A model generated the notes under the pieces. That model worked only from the letters and a program-made list of their open reading frames with translations. It was not told where the DNA came from and searched no databases. From Negaprion brevirostris (Eukaryota), in NCBI GenBank assembly GCA_030324005.1, contig JARDVH010000149.1:18536955-18600954 (forward strand): DNA of 64,000 bases. The letters are read 5' to 3'. The translations under genes and the position numbers were made by a program. Below are positions 36,501 to 49,915 of this stretch, one piece after another. Position 1 is the first letter of the stretch; each line of letters starts with the position of its first letter.

Positions 36501-37944
36501 CTGTTCCACAAGCTGGTCTGTTGGGATCAGTTTTAATGCTTTTGCCACTACCCTAACAAACTAACAGCACAAATAAAATCAAACATTGGGCTTTCTATGT
36601 ATACATGGCTCACTGCTTCAATCCAAAGGCTGTTTTACTTATTGAGGTGTCACCTATGCAACTTAGTTCCTAGATTAAGGGCATTCTTCTATGGGTATAA
36701 ATTCTTGCCAGCTTCAGATGTGTCCCTGTTGCTTACCTTATTGGTGAAGATCATTTTTTTTAAGGATATCCTTAAAGAGTATTACAAAATCCTCACCAAG
36801 AAACACAGCATCAGGTCTGAGATGGCACTGACAGCACCAAAATGTAAAGTTTGCTGACTACCTCAGGAGGGAGTGTGAAGGAAAGAGATTTTGGTGAGAT
36901 TGGGTCCCATCCATTTGGAATTTAGAGATTGTTGAAAATCTTCCTGCAATTGAAATTGCTCAGATATGAATCATTCTGTGACTTTTGGCAATAAAAGTTT
37001 TGGCTACAAAAAGAGGGAACATAGAGCAATGGCCAGAGACAGTCTATATTCATTTGGAAAGAAGGATCTTTTGTGCTTTCTTTCACCTTAGAAGTAGTTC
37101 TTGCTACTTACCACTATATTTAAACAAAATACCTGTCTTACATACCATATCTGTTGAAGACACATCAGTGATGAATAATTCACTGTTTTGAGTCCACATC
37201 ATATTACTTCCTGTTGCATTCGCCTTATCATAACCAATTTATATTTGGACACTTTGTAGGGTTTTTTTCAAGAAAATGTAAATTTTGTTTATTTTTCAAA
37301 CCACATTTTAATGTTTAAGGCTTCTGACATTGCTTAACTGATTTGTATTAGTACTGGACAGTTTGACATCCTTTTCCCCTTCTTCTGTTTTCTTCTTTGG
37401 GGGACACCTTGCCTCAGCTCAGCATGTCACATGACAGTCTTACTGAGATCAGTTAATCACTCTGTAGGGAATTGGAAGTAAACGGTCTTGTCTTGTTGCT
37501 CTATGTGCAGCTCTGTAATAAACCAAGCTCCCTAAAAAGTGTCCTTGCAGATCTTATTACAAGAATTCGATTGCCTAGCTGCAACAGTGAAACTTGCTCT
37601 CTTTAATCTGCTTTTACTTTGCTTTCTTGGATGTCCTTGCACGGACGGCATCAGCCCTGAACAAGATGTTGAGTGGTGATCTGATTATTGCCCTCCCATC
37701 AATATCTGAATGAACCAGGCCACAAACAAGCAGCAGAAAATGCCTGAGGTGACATTTATTTTCTCTCCCCTCTCCAGAGAGAAAATGTACATCTCTGCTT
37801 CTTGCTACTGCTTAGCAGTGTTAATCCAGTTGGGAACCCTTTGAGCGGGGGGGTGATTTTATTGATCTATATCCTACGGTCTACGGAGCAATGCATTGCA
37901 ATTGGAACATTCATTGCTATCATGTGTGAAAATATGAGAGTAAA

Positions 37945-38610
37945 ATAGCCATGAATAGAAATGCAGGTTATGAAAGCTTTTANNNNNNNNNNTAAGTAAA
38001 TGTTGGTCCCCTTGAGGTAGTCAGGGGAAATTATGAAGAAATGATAGAGATGTTGAAGAAATATTTTGGGATTGTCATCACGTTAGAAGGTACAAATTAC
38101 GTACCAGTAATAAAGGGTAACCAAGGGGCTAATAAGAATGAGGAATGGATAATAATTAATATCAGTAGAGAAAAAGCATTCGAGCAACTTGGGGAACTGA
38201 AAGCTAACAAATCCTCAGGACCTAATGGCCAACATTATAAGGTTCCAAAAGAAGTAGCTGTAGAGAAAGAGGTACAGTGGCTATTATCTTGAAAAGTTCC
38301 CTAGATTCCAGAACAGTCCCAGCAAATGAGAAGTTATGAATTGTAACACCACTATTGATAACAGGGAACTACAGGCCAGATGAGAAAAAAACATCTTCAC
38401 TCATAGGGTTGTGAATCATTGGGATCCTGGACCCCAGAGGGTTGTGGATGCTTGATCAATAAGTATATTNNNNNNNNNNNNNNNNNNNNNNNNNNNNNNN
38501 AGAATCGAGCAGCAGGAAAGTTTTGTTAAGGCATGGGATCACCCAGGATCATATTGACTGATCGAGCAGGTTTGAGAGGACAGTTGGTTTATTCCTATTC
38601 CTATTTCTGT
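37945..38610 (+). mobile_element. Internally deleted CR1 LINE fragment
   Basis: EMLKKYFGIV..ISREKAFEQLGELKANKSSGPNGQHYKVPKEVA (CR1 KSPGPDG.HPRVLKE motif), then GNYRP jumps directly to the 3' terminal region (ttcactcatagggttgtgaatc). Confidence 0.8.
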
Positions 38611-41300
38611 TGTTGAGAATTTAATTCCACAAGACCAGCAGACATTAACCAGTCCATTCCTGTTGGTCAGTAGGTTTGGATTCAACTGGACCATATCAAA
38701 TACACTCAGGCCACACTCTCCTCTGACCATGTTTCTAGAATCAATTATGCATGTCTTCCATGGCCAATGATCTACTCAAACCCTTTTTCCCTGTTCCTCA
38801 ACCTTCTTTAACCAAAGTAATTGAAAAGTGGACATCTTTATCCTTAAGACAGGGGTCGTACATCCAGTTGCCTATTGCTACTTTTCCCTAACTTTCCATT
38901 CACCTAAAACTGTATTTCTTGAGTTTCTTTCCTGTTTTTCATTTTAAAAAAAATTCATTTCATCTTTAGCCATCTCCTATTCTTTTAACCTTCATTTCCC
39001 ACCAATGTTCCTTTCAAAACATGCACCCTTTATCCCTGTATCTTTGCAAACACTTGCCCCATCCCAAACTATTTTGGTTTCTTCCCAGCATGCAGTAGTG
39101 TTCTGGCTGACATCAGAGGCAGGCAGCTTTAGTGCTTTATGCACTCCAGGTAAGCATTCAGGGACCCATGAAATGCAAAGGAGAATTTATTTAGAGGATT
39201 GTTTTCAGTTAATTACAGCTGATTTGTTGTATGAGTAAAATTGTCTATTCGGACATTCTTACAAAATATGAAAATGAAATTGGTTTGCTCCTAAAGAATT
39301 GTATGTAACCAGTGCTGAACTTCGTGCTTAATTAAGAATATAAGTATGCCTTATTGTGTGAATATACTTGCAACATCTACCCCATTCCTCCTTTCAGGCC
39401 CCTGGCAGATACTGTGCTTCAACTAAGATATTAGCCCTGGAGATGCAAGATACAGGACACTTTTTCTTAGATTTTCACACCACCCTTTTAGAGAGACACC
39501 TTGTACTAGCACCACCTCCAGGCTGTCTGTTGTGATGCTGTAGTCACAATTTGAGAATGTCAGATGCCAGTTTCCATCCTGCCACACTAATCGAGTACAC
39601 AGCAAAGAATTGTATCTTGGTACTAACATAATTTTGCACCATCTGAAAGGGGTAATTTTTATTTATTTATGATAGTGACTTTAAAGCTCTGTTTTGTTTA
39701 AATACTAGGCTTGTATTCAGACTACTAGTCATTTTTATATCCATATGTCCATTCAGAAAACAGCAACCTAGATTGTGTGGTTACTTGGGACTCTGTGCTA
39801 ATTTCAAATTCTGAACCAGCTGTAAAACAGTGATAAATCTTATACTTCAGTAAACTAAAACTATTAATTGAACAATTAGATGGGGGGAAGGGGTCAATTA
39901 AACTACTCTGCATATTCCAAATTGTGCAACGCAAATATTACACATCCCACTCACGTGAGGTTTAATAATGGTTACAGATTAAAGCCAGCATGATTCCAGT
40001 CTTTTTAAAAAGCCATCTGATTCAATTTCTGGGTTAAAAAGTGCAAATACTGATGCAATTAGAAGTACTGTGCATTAATCCTTAAAAATAAGTCCAACAT
40101 TATGTGGCATAGCTTGTACGATAAACGGTGCAACATTTTGCATTAGTGCAGTACTTGGAATGCACACATCACTCAAAACTCGTGTGATATTTACATGGAG
40201 GAAGTGTTTTCTTTCTGGAAATTGGCACAATTCAAGCCAGTGTCTAAATGAAGCATGATAATGGAACCCAAGTGAAAAAGAAACATGCACGAGACTCAAC
40301 AGTTCTGAAACTGTGGAAGTTGCACACAAGATGGAGCAATCAGACACTTCTAATTTATTGATATAGTCTGACCGGCATGGAGAGGTGGAGAAAAGATAAA
40401 TGACTGCGTAAAGAAGTTTTTCACACTTAAAAATTTGTGAAGACATAAATGTGGGAAAACACTTGTACTTCAAGGCCAACCTTATGATTCCAGGTAAAGT
40501 AAATTTTCATTTGTGCATTTCTACACTTTCTCCATTTCTCCCAGTCACTCCTGGAATTATAAAGCCATTTTATAAACCAAGAATATATTTGTAGCAGTGT
40601 GTGATATCTTATGATGATTTTATGTTCTTAAAATGAAATTTCTTCTATTTGCAAGTCTACAAAGCACTGATTACTGAGCTTGAAGGAGCAGGGAGGGTAT
40701 TTCACGTGTCCTCGAGGTGGTACTGTGTGGTGGGGCTTCCTCAACTATGGGTAAACTGAATGCTAGCTGGCAGGGAGCTCCCACAAACATGTTTCTGGAA
40801 GACTGGAGAGCTCCAAATGGCAGCATTTTCACATGGATTGTCAGACATTTGCTGGCTTTCCACCAGTTTGATTGAGCAAAGAGACATCTGCTGGTCAATA
40901 CTTTTCAGCGCTATCACTCAACATTGTGCAAGATGATGGCAATGTGCAGTTGCGCAGTAGCAGATCAAATAGAGCAGGAGATGTCTTCCATGGCTTAATG
41001 AAGGTTTAGACCTTTGTGGGTGACCGAGTAGGTATTCATTTCACTACTGTTCTTCCCAAGGGCTAGATTGAACAGTGGGTGAAGATAATCTACCTGTAAA
41101 GAGGCGGATGATTCTCTTTTACTGAACGTGTTCCAGAATTTCAGAGGCCTTGATACAGATGTCAGTAAGGTGTGAAATACGATTTGCTTTAGCAAAAATG
41201 ATGTTAGCCGATTACAAAAGAGACAGTGCAACAGTGTTTACTCCTGCATTTAATTACCTTAAAAACGTGTATGAAACATTCCTGCTTCATCAGAAAGTAT

Positions 41301-41625
41301 GGGCAGCATGGTGGCACAATGATTAGCACTGATGCCTCACACCTCCAGGAACCAGGGTTCAGTTCCGGCCTTGGGTCACTGTCTGTGTGGAGTTTGCATA
41401 TTCTCTCTGTGTCTGCGTGGGTTTCCTCCAGGTCTTCCCGTTTCCTCCCACAGTCCAAAGATGTGCGGATTAGGTTGATTGGCCATGCTATGTTGTCCCT
41501 TAATGTCAGGGGATTAGCAGGGTAAATATATGGGGTTGTGGGAATAGAACCTGGGTGGGATTGTGATTGGTGCAGACTTGATGGGCCAAATGGCCACCTT
41601 CTTCACTGCAAGGATTGTATTATGG
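41301..41625 (+). mobile_element. Full-length HE1-type V-SINE
   Basis: gggcagcatggtggcacaatgattagcactgatgcctcac..gggttcagttccggcc..V-domain..gtgcagacttgatgggccaaatggcc tail. Confidence 0.93.
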
Positions 41626-42015
41626 ATTGTAAAGTTTGAAACACTTTCTGAATCATGCTCGGATGTTTTAATGGCTTATGTGTTGTGATGTGGACCAATT
41701 TATTTTGTTCCACTTTCATTTTTGTCCCTTTTTTTAAGGCCATGATATATCTAAGGAAACCTTCTGCATTGAGCAAAATATTATTGGTTTGTGGCCTTTT
41801 TTTACAACTGTGAACCTTCTGTGATTGAAGGATCAGCATTTTTACTCAAATGTATCTTTTATGTTGGCCAAAATCAACAGTATAGAAAATATAGATGGTG
41901 TTGCAGTTTGCAGCAGCAGCATCAACTGCATAGAAATTGATGTTCGTTGGGGAAAATTAAACATTGTATTTCTGCTTTTATTAATAAAAATAATGCATCT
42001 GGCAGAAAAGTAGAT

Positions 42016-42315
42016 GGCGGTCTTGTGGTGCAGTGGATAGTGTCCCTACGTCTGAGCCAGAAGCTCTGGGTTCAAGTCGCACTCCAGCACTTGATGACTA
42101 TGACAAGTGTGTGCATAACATGGCAAAATAGTTTGATTATCAGCCCGTAAATCCTTCCAATACACCTTATGAGCTGGTAAGAGTAGGAGAATTTCCTGGT
42201 CAGCCATATCTCAGAACGCTACAATGCTATCTTTACGAAGAGTGGTCAAAGACCAGTCTGATGAAAGCCCATGGTTGCCAGTGCCCTCTTAAGGAATGGT
42301 ACCTGAAGGAAGAGG
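42016..42315 (+). mobile_element. tRNA-derived SINE of a different family
   Basis: A box tggtgcagtgg and B box ggttcaagtc at tRNA-like spacing, followed by a body unrelated to HE1. Confidence 0.6.
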
Positions 42316-43503
42316 AGGAGCCTAGATGGTCCTTTGGGTACTGTTTTACTTTAAATGAAGGGAATAGGACAATATGCTCAAACTGCCTTTCTGCCAATTG
42401 CTATGGAGCTGCGTATCCCAACCCTCTTTACGCTTTTCTTCAGTAGCTTCCTGAAAGAAGAGGAGTGACTAAAGGAGCCCAGTTTAGATGTTCTATTAAC
42501 ACACACCATATTTCCAATTATGTGCNNNNNNNNNNNNNNNNNNNNNNNNNNNNNNNNNNNNNNNNNNNNNNNNNNNNNNNNNNNNNNNNNNNNNNNNNNN
42601 NNNNNNNNNNNNNNNNNNNNNNNNNNNNNNNNNNNNNNNNNNNNNNNNNNNNNNNNNNNNNNNNNNNNNNNNNNNNNNNNNNNNNNNNNNNNNNNNNNNN
42701 NNNNNNNNNNNNNNNNNNNNNNNNNNNNNNNNNNNNNNNNNNNNNNNNNNNNNNNNNNNNNNNNNNNNNNNNNNNNNNNNNNNNNTATTACAGATATTTT
42801 TGAGGAACAATTTACTTCACTCCCAGAAGGAGGGGTAATCTGAATTAGTTTGCTGAAGGTATTATAAGATGAAAAGGAATAACATCTGAAAGTCATGATG
42901 AACCTGCAGCTGGTGCCTGCCCAGAAGATACATCCTTATCTAGCCTCTCTCCAATTTGACATGAAATGATCCTTTTTGCTAGGGATGAGAGAGGGTGATT
43001 TTGTAGTTCTGCCACTTTTGATAATCTCTCAATTGTCTGATCCTGCAAGAAGAGTAAAAGCAGTGAGAGTATCTTCTCTTTGCCTTCAAATGCAATAAAC
43101 ACAGAAGTTGATAGGCAGATCACATTGGGGGTGATACCTAATACATGCCAGAAGTTATTTCTTACCATGTGAACTTTGAGGGAACTTTGCAAGTTGCTGC
43201 AATAAATGCAGTGCAGTACCATCATGGAAAATGTGAATGGTGCCTCCTCTTACCTTAGCAGACTCAGTAAGATCATTAATTCTTTTGTGGCAATGACTGG
43301 CCAGGCATGAGCTCATAGCATTGGTTGTCACTGCCCTCGTTACCTCCTGTTGTACTTCTTTTTCGGGGTTGATATGCTTGGGTTCAAAGAGTATCCCTCT
43401 GCTGCCTAAGGGAAGATCACCTTCAGCTGCATATATGGTGGAAATGGGGCTTGGTCCCCTCGAGCAGGTCTCTCAAGTCTCCTCAGACATTGCTTNNNNN
43501 NNN

Positions 43504-43733
43504 GCCAAATTCTGCTGTTGATTTCTTCAGCACTTACTCTTGCACTCTCATTTTAAGCTGCTGCAAGCCTCAAGATCCTTCAGCACTACACAGGTTTCTG
43601 GCCCGCACTCCGTTACAGTACATTGCCAATCAAAGATGGGAATACTATCAGGAACTTGCCTCAATTAAAATTAGGTTGACTCCAAAAATGATGGCAGGCT
43701 GATTTGAAATGGCACCCTGCAGAAAATCTGGGC
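43504..43733. mobile_element. Possible old MITE remnant
   Basis: gccaaattctgctg ... ctgcagaaaatctgggc form imperfect inverted termini. Confidence 0.3.
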
Positions 43734-45310
43734 ATGTCTCTAGGTATGTGCAATGTTCTTGGTTGGCTGGTTAACGTACATAACTGTGTGCTTGACAGTC
43801 AGAATACATCAGTTGTTTATTCGTTTTACCCAATACTGTTTTGCTTTTGTATTTATTGATTTGCCTAGAATCTGGCAATGTGCTACATCAGGGATGTGAC
43901 CAATTTACTCAGACATTAGCAAACTAACCATCTCAATCTTTCCAGCTAGTCCAGACTAAGGTTTTATTAGCCATGAAATAAATATTCAAAATCAGTTGAA
44001 GGTATTAGCTTTAAAATTTAACGACTATGAAGACCCAGCAGTACATAAAACTATTCAGGTTTTAAGCTGCCAAATCTTTTCAGTGAACCAACTGATGCTA
44101 AGCCAAAGGGCTTTTTGCATTTTGATTTTTACATTAACCTTCCATTAAAAATTATCACGGCTATCATCACAAAGTATCGTAGCCAATAAATTAGCATTTT
44201 ATGAGACATGTAAAACAAGTATTTACGATTTGCTAATGTGACTGTCTTTCATGCTGAACCAGCTTCTGTGTCAACTTTACTCAGTGCTCATCACCTTTTG
44301 AGGTTTGTTCTTGATTAGACTAGAGGCTTTTATATATTCACCACCAAACCAAAGATAATGTTATATAAAGGGAAGAAGCTCAAATAATGTGGGTATTCTT
44401 TTTAATTGAAAGACAAAACTGAAACATGGCGGAAATGATTTTTTTTAGAATTTTGATACAAAGATAAAGCTGACTTCTGAAGGCTTACTGGTGCCTAAAT
44501 GTAAGTTAGAAACATCTTTGTCAAGAGTAATGCATTTATTATACAAAAAAAACTGGCATTTAATTACATCTCTTACTGTACTTTGCTTTGTTCACATCAG
44601 GCTTTCGTTTGCAACATCACTGAAATTTCAAAATTTGTTCAGAGGGATTCTCCAACTCTGCTAAAATGCACAAAAATGCAACACAAGTTTTGCTAAGTCC
44701 TGGAATTTCATTGATAAAGGTGTTTTTTTTATGCGCATAGAATACTTAAATTGATATATTTGACATGTTGCAAATGATTTTCTTTGCTACTAAAGAAACG
44801 CCCTTCTCCATCACAAGTTTATATTCAGGCTCAAATAAATGAAACAATTGGCTTGGCAATTGAGCTGTATCTCAGAGTGCTGCATCTCAGTCAAAATGTT
44901 ATCAAAATTACTAAATTATCCATTAAATGTTGAAATGGAAATGCAGCCTTATAATTGTACATTGCGTGTACAATTTGAACTGTTGCTGATAGTAATTTGG
45001 TGAAGTTGGGTGGTTGACCCAACGTGTGAACGAATAGTTGATTAAGCACAGAGAAGCTCTCAGCCCCTGCCTTGTGTTTGACCTTAAGAAAATATCAGAT
45101 ACTCTTAATGTTATTAAAATCAATTTGGTACTGCTGAACAGATATCCAGTTGTAATTGTTCCACAGCATCTAGAGAATTTGTCAGAGTATCTTTAATAAA
45201 TTTATATATTTCAATTTCTAAAAGAATGTTTTATTGTTACTAAAATCCTTTTGCTCTCTTATCCCTCAAATCTGCTAAGATAATTATGATTTTTATTTTC
45301 TTATTTTTAG

Positions 45311-45433
45311 ATTAACTATATTTTGGAATCCAGAGCAAGTTCAGCACGAGCAGACTACCAAGCTCAAAAACAAAGAAAACTTAGCAGAAGAACAAGCTTC
45401 AGCTTTCAGAAGGACAAAAAGTCAGGACAGTAG
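45311..45433 (+). CDS. MAPKAP1: MAPKAP1/SIN1 terminal coding exon with TAG stop
   Basis: Acceptor ttttcttatttttAG. Translates [40 protein letters not shown] (human [41 protein letters not shown]). TAG at 45431-45433. Confidence 0.96.
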   Translation: MNYILESRASSARADYQAQKQRKLSRRTSFSFQKDKKSGQ

Positions 45434-46409
45434 TGTGAGCCTCAACAAACTGTCCAGATAATTCTGCTGAGGAAGGTGTCTCAGATGGGGGATAAAACCA
45501 TGAAGTTGTTCCTTACTTTTCCGGGCTGCCAAAAGCAGAGCAAAGAAAACAGATTAAAATTTGGAAACATTTATATCTCTTGCTATTGACATGTTCAAAA
45601 AGTCCTAAGCTTCCTGTTTGGGATGCAGGTTTACCTCCAAGGTTCTTCCTCTCAACAAGCAGCCATATCAGAGAGAAAATTAAGTGGCTAGGTTTGGTTC
45701 CCTGTGCTTTGATTCATGGGGAGGGTCCACGTATATAACCACCCAAGGAATACAGCTACAATGAATTGCACTGTCTGACAAGTGACTTTACACAGGTGTC
45801 ATAGCTTGTCACATGATCAAAGATGAAAGTTAATCATGTGGGACAAAAGCCCCAAAATTTCCTTTTTGATTCTTTTAAAAACAATAACTGGACAAACAGT
45901 TTAACAGTTTTTTTCTTAACAGCTGAGTAATACATTTTTTATGGTCTGCGAAGGAAATAAACATTAGTTTTTACTGTGACCTGTAAATGTTCCTGCATTG
46001 TACCTGCTAATTGTAATATAATGACAAAGCACTGTGTAAGAAATAGCTGGTATTATTTCAGACTGTCATTTGAGGACAGTATGGGAATGTATAATATGTT
46101 TAAAACATTTTTCTTTCTGGCAAAATGTATAAAAAAAAAACTGCAGTTTCCAAAAAAACAATAATATTTTTAGTTGGAATATTCTTTATCAACCAATTTT
46201 TAAATGGCTTTGAATTGTCAACATTCATATCAATACACCATATTTAAGCCATAAATTTAAAAGAAGCTCCTATTTAAGGGATTGCAGCTGATTCAATTGA
46301 ATCTCTTCACTTCTGGTCATCTGGATTCACATTCACTCAATAAAATGAAGATGATTTCCACGTCAGCCATTTCACTAGCACAAATGTAGTTCTCAGCAGG
46401 ATGAATAAA
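45434..46409 (+). other. MAPKAP1: Probable MAPKAP1 3' UTR with candidate polyadenylation signals
   Basis: Follows the stop codon. AATAAA at 45956-45961 (followed by T-rich sequence), 46339-46344 and 46404-46409. The true 3' end cannot be fixed from sequence alone. Confidence 0.6.
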
Positions 46410-47319
46410 TTCAACCTCTTTTCACATCTCTATAATATTTCATGACTTTGCTTAAATATAACAAAGTTAACAAGAGGGTCAGAGGTCTCAAATGAAAAGT
46501 GCAAATTGTCTTTGGCTTGCTCCCCCTGATATCAAGCAAAGATTTCCATCAAATCAATATTGACAAGACTTCCCGCTGAGCACCTGCTTAAATATCTACA
46601 TCTTCGCATCAAATACCATTCTCCCCTTTTGATTTCTTTGAACTAAACCTTATGGTACATAACCACATTCAGCTCTGGGCTGAATTTCAAATCCCACTTT
46701 CTTACCAATTGCACAACTGTCTATTACTACATCCAGTGCTGTTGAAATGTTTAACTAGGCCTCGTCAAATTCAGAATCAATTTCTTGACAACTGAGCTTT
46801 TCCTTCCTTTGCAAGTTACAGTCCTCAATAACATATGCTGCATGTAGACAAAGTCATATTTCTAGTTCAACTCCTGTGTGCACCAATCTTCACTGGATCC
46901 CTATATAGTTACATCAGCAATATCAAAATCTTTGCCTCTATCTTCATTTCTCTCTATAGCCTCACCTCTCCCTCGATTTGTATAATCATTCAGCCCAATA
47001 TTTCTCTATATAACTTCTACTCATCTGGTCTTGCACTCTTTTGCCTTACTCTTTTTCACTTCTTGGATGCTGAATCTTCAGTCACCTACCCCTCCACCTT
47101 TTTAAAAGCTTATCCCTTTCATTTTGATTTAGTCAATCCTCCAGTTCCAATTATTTTGCCTCTGGAGCTTACCAAGATGTTTTCTTATGAGTGTATGCAG
47201 TTGTTCCTGTTGAAAGCATAATGTTAAAGATTGTGGCACTATTCAGCTATGTTCTGAAAGACCTGATGTATTGGATTAATGCCAATCAATGCAAACTGTA
47301 TTTTTCTAAAGATAATGTT

Positions 47320-47487
47320 GAATCATAGAATCTCTACAGTGCAGAAGGTGGCCATTTGGCCCATTGGGCCTGCACCGACAACGATCCCACGCAGGCCCTA
47401 TTCTCGCAACCCCACATATTTATCCTGCTAATCCCCCATTAAGGGTCAATTTAGCATGGCCAATCCACCTAACCTGCACGTTTGGAC
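47320..47487 (-). mobile_element. HE1-type SINE 3' half (rest in gap)
   Basis: gaatcatagaatctctacagtgcagaaggtggccatttggccc..ttagcatggccaatccacctaacctgcacgtttggac. Confidence 0.88.
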
Positions 47488-48333
47488 NNNNNNNNNNNNN
47501 NNNNNNNNNNNNNNNNNNNNNNNNNNNNNNNNNNNNNNNNNNNNNNNNNNNNNNNNNNNNNNNNNNNNNNNNNNNNNNNNNNNNNNNGAGGAGAAAGTAT
47601 TCAGTCAATGACAACAAATACCGGAATGTTTCATAACCTTTGGCTCGAAACCAAGTGGAAAATTTCCACATCTGTTTTCAGCAGTTCCGTGCAGAAGGAA
47701 TGTGTGACCATCCAGTATTTGTAATCATTGATAAATATGCTTCAGAAAATGGACTCTTGCTTTCTGTCGCATCAAAAATAATAATGTTTTCCTCTGAGGC
47801 ACCAGCAAATGGAGAATTAAAAAAAACACTCTCCTTATAATTATTGAATCTGATTCCACAATTAACCCCTCTTAGGTTCTGACACGCCTATTTTTTTTTA
47901 GTGTCTGTGCTTTTTCTTCCTTCCTGCAGGCAATGATTACATTCAGATCTGTGCTGCCACAACATTACTCCATCTCTCCAGCTTCACTGTGCACTTAACA
48001 CCATCGCATACAAGGCTATGCAGCAAACGTGCAAAAATGGGAATAGAATAGATAAGTGCTGATGGCCAGCACATACATGATGGGCCAAAGAACCTCTCTG
48101 TGCTGTAAAATTCTATGACACAACCATATACCAGCCCACGTACCCACCCTCACACTAATTTTCTGTCCTGTCCCAACACATCCTGAGTCTGACGGCTTGG
48201 TGGTATAAGCTATGGGGACCATCTACGGATTTGTGTTTTGCCTTTATTTCAGAGATAAGGTCCTTTCTGAAGCAGCACAGGGACAGTTGACTGCTTAGGA
48301 TCTCCGATTTTGAACTCTTAATTGAGTGCTAAC

Positions 48334-48683
48334 TATGGAATCCCTACACTGCAGAAAAGGGCCATTCGACCTATCAAGTTCTCACAGACTCTCTGGCAGA
48401 GCATCTTATCCAGACCCACTCCCCCACTTTATCCCCATAACTCTATGCATTTTACTACAGCTAATCCACCTAACCTACACTTGCTTGGGCACTAAGGGGC
48501 AATTTATCATGGACAATCCACCTAACCTGCACGTTTGGACTGTGGGAAGAAACTGGAGCGCCCAGAGGAAACCCATGCAGGGAGAATGTACAAACTCCAC
48601 ACATACAGTCGCTCGAGGCCTGACTCGAACCCGGGTCCCTGGCGCTGAGTCAGCAATGCTAATCGCTGCTACCGTGCCGCCCC
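48334..48683 (-). mobile_element. Full-length HE1-type V-SINE (subfamily with doubled aatccacctaacct motif)
   Basis: Tail ggaatccctacactgcagaaaagggccattcg, V-domain, and head cgaacccgggtccctggcgctg..accgtgccgccc. Confidence 0.9.
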
Positions 48684-48899
48684 AACTGAAGTTTAAGATC
48701 TATTTAAGAAATAGCCACAATAGATATGTTGACACAACATCTTCACATCCCAAAATGAGAAAAATACATGGTTTAATAATAGACTCCCACATCATCAGCC
48801 TTTTCCTGTGCTAGTGGTGTAGCTTGTTGAAATGGCAAAGCTTAGGGTCACAGAGTAGTGATGGGAGGACTAGCTTCAGCAGTTTTCATCATGCAATTA

Positions 48900-49700
48900 A
48901 TTTATATTCATTTACAGTTTGTGGCCTTCACTGGCAACCAGCAGAAGGTGGTAATGAGGTCTTGCACCATCTTCCTGAACAACTTGTAGCAAACAACTAA
49001 TTGATTTACTAAGCTGTTGTGTGGCACAAGAGTCACAAAGAGGCCAGACACTGTAATATCCCTAAAATGCACTCATGAACTGGTTGGGTAATCCAACAAC
49101 TTTATTTTTATTTCCAAATTTTAAAACTGATACAATTCCCAAGGCTGCAATTGTGGGATTTGAACTTAGGCTAACTCCAGCTTGCTAGTCCAGTAACTAC
49201 CACACTATCATACCTAATAGATTATTACTAATAAGCATTGCAATGGGCCAAGCTACAGAAAAACTGCTTTTATTGCCGTGGGAGTTCTGAATATTTTGTT
49301 TCTTTAATTATTTCTTGGGATGTTGGTGAGCATTTGTTGCCCATCCCCAGAAGCCTTTGAACTGAGTGTCCTTGCTAGGCTTTTTCAGAGGCAGTTAAGA
49401 ATAAACCACATTGTTAAGTTTGGGTCCAAGTGTAGGCCACACCAGGTAAGGATGGCAGATTTCCTTCCCTAAAAGTGAAGCAAGTTGGGTTTTCACAACA
49501 ATTCATGATATTCTCTCCTCAGATGCTGTCAGATAAGTTGAGATTTTCCAGCATTTTCCAGTTTTTTGTGAACTGATGACAGTTGCCAGATTGCTATCAC
49601 TTTATCTTCCTGGTTTATTAATAGAATTTAACTTCCTGTGGTGTGATTTGAACCCATGACCCCAGAGCCCAGTGACATTACCATTACGCTTTTTGTCTCC
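48900..49700 (-). mobile_element. Two degenerate tRNA-derived SINE copies with a tail like the 4.9-5.9 kb LINE; short PLE-type piece inside the second
   Basis: gcatttgttgcccatcccc..cttgctaggctttttcagaggcagttaagaataaaccacattg..accaggtaaggatggcagatttccttccctaaa..gatttgaaccc. The first copy ends gggatttgaac..ctagtccagtaactaccac. Confidence 0.6.
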
Positions 49701-49859
49701 TCAGCCCACCCCGTTCCCCATTTATTTTATAGAAGACAATTTTTCTCTCTGACTATTCCACACTCACCCAACCCCCTAAATCTCTGTCTTGCCCACTCAC
49801 TGCAGCATCATCTCCCCTTTTAAACAGGAAACCATTGAACAACAATCCTAAGAATANNN

Positions 49860-49915
49860 TAACTTCATTGCAATGTTAATGTAAGCCTACTTGTGACGCT
49901 AATAAATAAACTTTA
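49860..49915 (+). mobile_element. 3' tail of the alternative-tail V-SINE (body collapsed in gap)
   Basis: aacttcattgcaatgttaatgtaagcctacttgtgacgctaataaataaacttta matches 15325-15380. Confidence 0.7.

Noticed and set aside
41301-41375. tRNA gene (also SINE heads at 3.4, 42.0, 48.6 and 63.8 kb)
   Set aside because: A/B boxes are present but run into SINE bodies; I see no intact cloverleaf or terminator.
45425-45440. C-terminus one residue shorter than human (GQ* versus GQQ*) or stop readthrough
   Set aside because: Trivial terminal variation; the TAG context shows no readthrough motif.
48326-48814. 162-aa ORF, and similar ORFs at 3083, 41226, 56914 and 59591
   Set aside because: They are translations of HE1 SINE sequence.
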